Shown: one piece after another, positions 60,435 to 64,000 of the stretch
How the letters are laid out: every line of letters starts with the position of its first letter
Position numbering within the stretch: position 1 is the stretch's first letter
NCBI GenBank assembly: GCA_008632985.1
Contig: QPGO01000120.1
Location: forward strand, 1-64,000
Source of the DNA: Psammoneis japonica
Lineage: Eukaryota
Length of the DNA: 64,000 nucleotides
Direction of reading: 5' to 3'
Program-made: the position numbers and the translations under genes
The notes under the pieces: generated by a model
The model's database searches: none
What the model was told of the DNA's origin: nothing
Seen by the model: the letters and a program-made list of their open reading frames with translations, nothing else

Positions 60435-61630
60435 GAGGCTTTGTTTTGCCAAACGCAGCAAGCATGCAACAGCCAACTCAAAATGCACCGAATCTTGCAC
60501 GCCATCATGAACGGCCCGCGACCACATCATGACCAACAACTCATTGACTCATGACTGCCGTCTGAAATCAGCTGAGAGATGGTTGAAGCCTGGCTTGGGT
60601 CCAAGGCAAGCTCTTCCTTGAGATGACATGTTTCACCCTGGGAAAATTGAAGCTAAGACAGTCGCATCAGTCATCAACCTCGTGCTTCCAAAGAACAGCC
60701 CATTCTCAGATACAATGGAGAATGTGGAAGTGCTTTCACAGTCTCTTGTCTCTGCTCTGGCACACAATTGCAAACTGATGAGCATCGTCTCCACTCGGCA
60801 TGGCATGTCTGTCACGTCCCGTCTGTTGAGTGCAACCAACACATCATCATTGCGCAGAGACACAGTTTGCTCAAAACCCAAAAATGTCCTGGAACAAACA
60901 ACGCATTGAGCACATTGCAATCTTGATGAACAAGAAAAGAGAGAAACAATGGCGGACTGTTTGCACTTTTTGGAGCAACCCAAGGACATCCAAAAACAGG
61001 TTTTGTTGTTTCATGTTGACATGGAAAATGCCGATGCTCGTCGAGTGCATGAGTTTGTGTCTGAACACTGCGTTGAGTCTCAGGAATGTGCCGAGCGCTT
61101 CACTCATCTTTTCATGGTGATCAAATTCAATGCTGTGGCTGTTCAACCAGTCAATGCTGATGGCAGTGGGCCCACAAGCTGCAAGGGGCATGGTCTCTTT
61201 GAACTGTGTCTGGTTTGGTTCCCCAAGACAGTTGCTCTGAGACAGTGCGAGTGACTGCGGCCCATCCCAGTCTGGAGAAATGGCTGCCTCAAGCAGAAGC
61301 ACTTGGAAAAGCCCATGTTCCTTCACCAAGCCAAGCTGAAAAGCACTGAGAACTTTGACTGCAGATGCAGCAGATGCATGTCATTGAATGGAGATGACTC
61401 TCAGTGCTTCCGCTGGGCTTCCATGACAAGCACTGCAGAGGGTGCCGTCTGGCGCAATGAGTTGACATTGATGATCGTCCGGATCTGACTGCTTGTGGTG
61501 TGTGCAGGAAAACAGCACCTGATGCTTTTCAGGAATGGATGCTGGAAAATGAAACAAGAGGCAAGCCAAAAAATTGACTGTGCAGATCGGGTCACTGACT
61601 TGGGCACACCCGTTAATGTTGCACATTGTT
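60435..61630 (+). pseudogene. Inverted, mutated duplicate of the SET gene region about 49990-51320
   Basis: Reverse-complement homology including upstream sequence; ADARRVHEFVSE..VESQECAERFT shared; deletions and Y->C/H changes. Confidence 0.92.
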
Positions 61631-62616
61631 CCATCTGATCACTCAAGCCTCCATGCAGTGAACATGATGGGGTTGCTCTCCCAACACATCAGGCACAGGT
61701 TGATCTCTGCTTGGAACTCAATTAATTTTCAAAGGCTGTCACCATGGCACAACTCTTTTTCAGCGCGACCAAGTTGATTTTCAATCTCCATCATTTCAGA
61801 CCGTATTCTCGTTATTGCCTCAGCTATTGCGTCGTTGACATCAACTGGCGGTGACGGAAGCACTGGATCGTTTGTAGTGGCATGATTTTGAGCTGCAACA
61901 ATTCGTTTGCTACTCGATAGCGTCTTCTGGCCATTGGAGACTTCGCTCTTGTCCTTGCTCGTTTCCTGTGCTTCTTGGCCTTTACTAGGTCTATCGGTAG
62001 GACAACAAGGTATTCGTCAAAACAAGAAATGCAATCCAAACTAAAAAGCATTAGAATCAGTATCCCATCCTCACCTACCTCAGGATCGCAGTTCCTGCTT
62101 GAACAGTCGTATGAGAAGGGGGGAGTGGTGTCGGAGTCGATGAGTCGTCCTCGTCTACATCGGGCGAAATTGGATACTGCTCGAGAATATGATTTATAAC
62201 GTCCGAAGCTCCAGGAGGCTTTGTGCATTTGTAAGGGACTCTTGTCATTTTGAGAGACGAGTCTACAGGTAGAGGGAGGCTTCGAATTGAGATACTGATG
62301 CGTTGCCAGCGGCGAGAAAGATGAATGAGAACACATACGTACCATAAGGCTTTAGATCTGATTTTCGTTGAGTGTAGCCATAATCGAATTCACTAGTCTC
62401 CTCATAGTTGAATCCAGACTGGATGTCGCCGTTGGCACCTAATACTACCAAATTGTGAAACATGAGAAAGACACAAAGAGACTTCCCCCTTTTTCTGATA
62501 TACTTACTACACTCGTCGAGCTGCTTTTTCGGCACGCAAGGATTTTGTTGAGGTCGCTAGAATGAGATGACTTGGAATTCTTACTTTATTAAGACCTACG
62601 GTATCGGTGCAGTAAT

Positions 62617-63198
62617 CTAAAGTTCTGATTGGGCTGCAAAAGACTCATTCGAAGCGGCTTTATCAATGATGATGTTCTCATTCTCATCAAAGGTCAAGAT
62701 TCCATCATTCTCCTCAAAACTTCTACACAAGGTGAACAAAACATGAATGCAAAAGTTCGCAAAGGCCGATATTAGCATTGTTTTGGGCCCAGACCTGCAG
62801 CTACCCAAAGCTCCAGCGGGCAAGCTAAGAAGCAACCTCACGCCCGAGTCGAGTACAATATGGGAGCCAAAGAGTAGTAGAATGCTATAACAGAGGACTT
62901 GGTGAAGCATTCCGAATTTTGCAACTGCCCACCCCCACTGTTTTCCTTTCAAGTGCATACCCTTTATCCAATTGCTAGGAAGTGCAATTATTCGAAGAAT
63001 GCCACCGACTATCCAAGGAATGGAAAGGAACCACTTGTACACGTATCCAATACAGAAGAGATACAACCATCCAATCAATGCCAAGAAAACTCCATAACAA
63101 GTCATGAAGGAAACGGTAAGTTCGGTGTTCTGGAACACATGTTGAATCAAGTCAGGATCATAGATCATGCCTGTTTTCGAAAGCACGATTTCCGCCAT
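62617..63198 (-). CDS. Hypothetical membrane protein
   Basis: 193-aa ATG-started ORF with several hydrophobic segments and normal composition. Confidence 0.55.
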   Translation of the reverse strand: MAEIVLSKTGMIYDPDLIQHVFQNTELTVSFMTCYGVFLALIGWLYLFCIGYVYKWFLSIPWIVGGILRIIALPSNWIKGMHLKGKQWGWAVAKFGMLHQVLCYSILLLFGSHIVLDSGVRLLLSLPAGALGSCRSGPKTMLISAFANFCIHVLFTLCRSFEENDGILTFDENENIIIDKAASNESFAAQSEL

Positions 63199-64000
63199 GA
63201 TGGTGTCGAGGTTACGGCAAGCCAGGAAGCAGCCTTTGCGACATCAACATGATTGGTTGGGAAGTGCCGGGTAATGCTGAAAACGAAAAACCCGACTTTC
63301 ATGTTTCTCGTTCTCTGCCCTCGTCTTCCCCTCTCGTTTCGCCCCTGTGCTGTTTGCTCCTTGCGCCTCTGATGATGAAGAATGCGCGCGAAATTTCAAA
63401 ATTTCGATTTGAAGATAACCAGCCTGCAAGGAGCATTGACCACTTGTCTTTGTTTGTGGGTGTGGGTGTGTGCCGTTGCATGCAGTATTGCCTGTACGTA
63501 CGCAGGCCCCCACCGCGCGCCGGGCTGGCATTGTGGCGGCAGGGTGGCGTGGCCACCGCACCGGTGACGCGGATGACCGTTATATTTTATGGCTCATGCC
63601 ATTTTTGGGGCTGTAGCGAGGTGCAGGGACACTCTTTTTTGTCCAATTTACCGCCGAAATAGCGCATCTCACAAACCTTCTTATTGTTCGATATGTTTTC
63701 TCCAATATGACCGTTTCGCGTACAACTCACGAAAAATAATATCTATTAAGAACTGGATGTATCGTCGAACATCCCACGCCGGCAATCCCAATTTTACTGC
63801 ATTTTCGAGCTCTTCTGAAAAACCGTACCACGTACCCGTCGTAGGGATTTTATCGCTTTTTTAGGAAGTCCCCGCGAAACCCAATGTCCATAACAATCAT
63901 TCTAACAACACGAATAACACACCTGCACTAAACAAATCATACCGTTTCGAATGCCGAGGGACACTCTCACAATCGCCGACATCCCGACCCACCGACCGAC

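Overview
Eukaryotic, diatom-like genomic DNA (inferred from CoDi-like copia elements, secreted SET-domain proteins and a spliceosomal intron). Islands of ordinary genes (BTB/POZ protein, tandem secreted SET protein, prolyl 4-hydroxylase, class-3 lipase, kynurenine-monooxygenase-like enzyme, SMYD-like SET, membrane proteins) alternate with transposon blocks. These include a complete Ty1/copia (1098-8204, 5-bp TSD), a two-LTR Ty3/gypsy (41098-47707), two more copia remnants, a Penelope-like relic and nested MITEs. The main signal is a repeat-restricted point-mutation process that converts TpA to TpG or CpA (A:T to G:C on both strands), the reverse of fungal RIP. It accounts for 15 of 16 substitutions between the gypsy LTRs and for 8 unambiguous (up to 12) of 13 between the copia LTRs. 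It turns conserved Tyr into Cys/His throughout TE proteins, hits DNA transposons and duplicated host genes, spares the gene-island copy, and appears to outpace CpG decay. All counts are by hand and should be confirmed by alignment.
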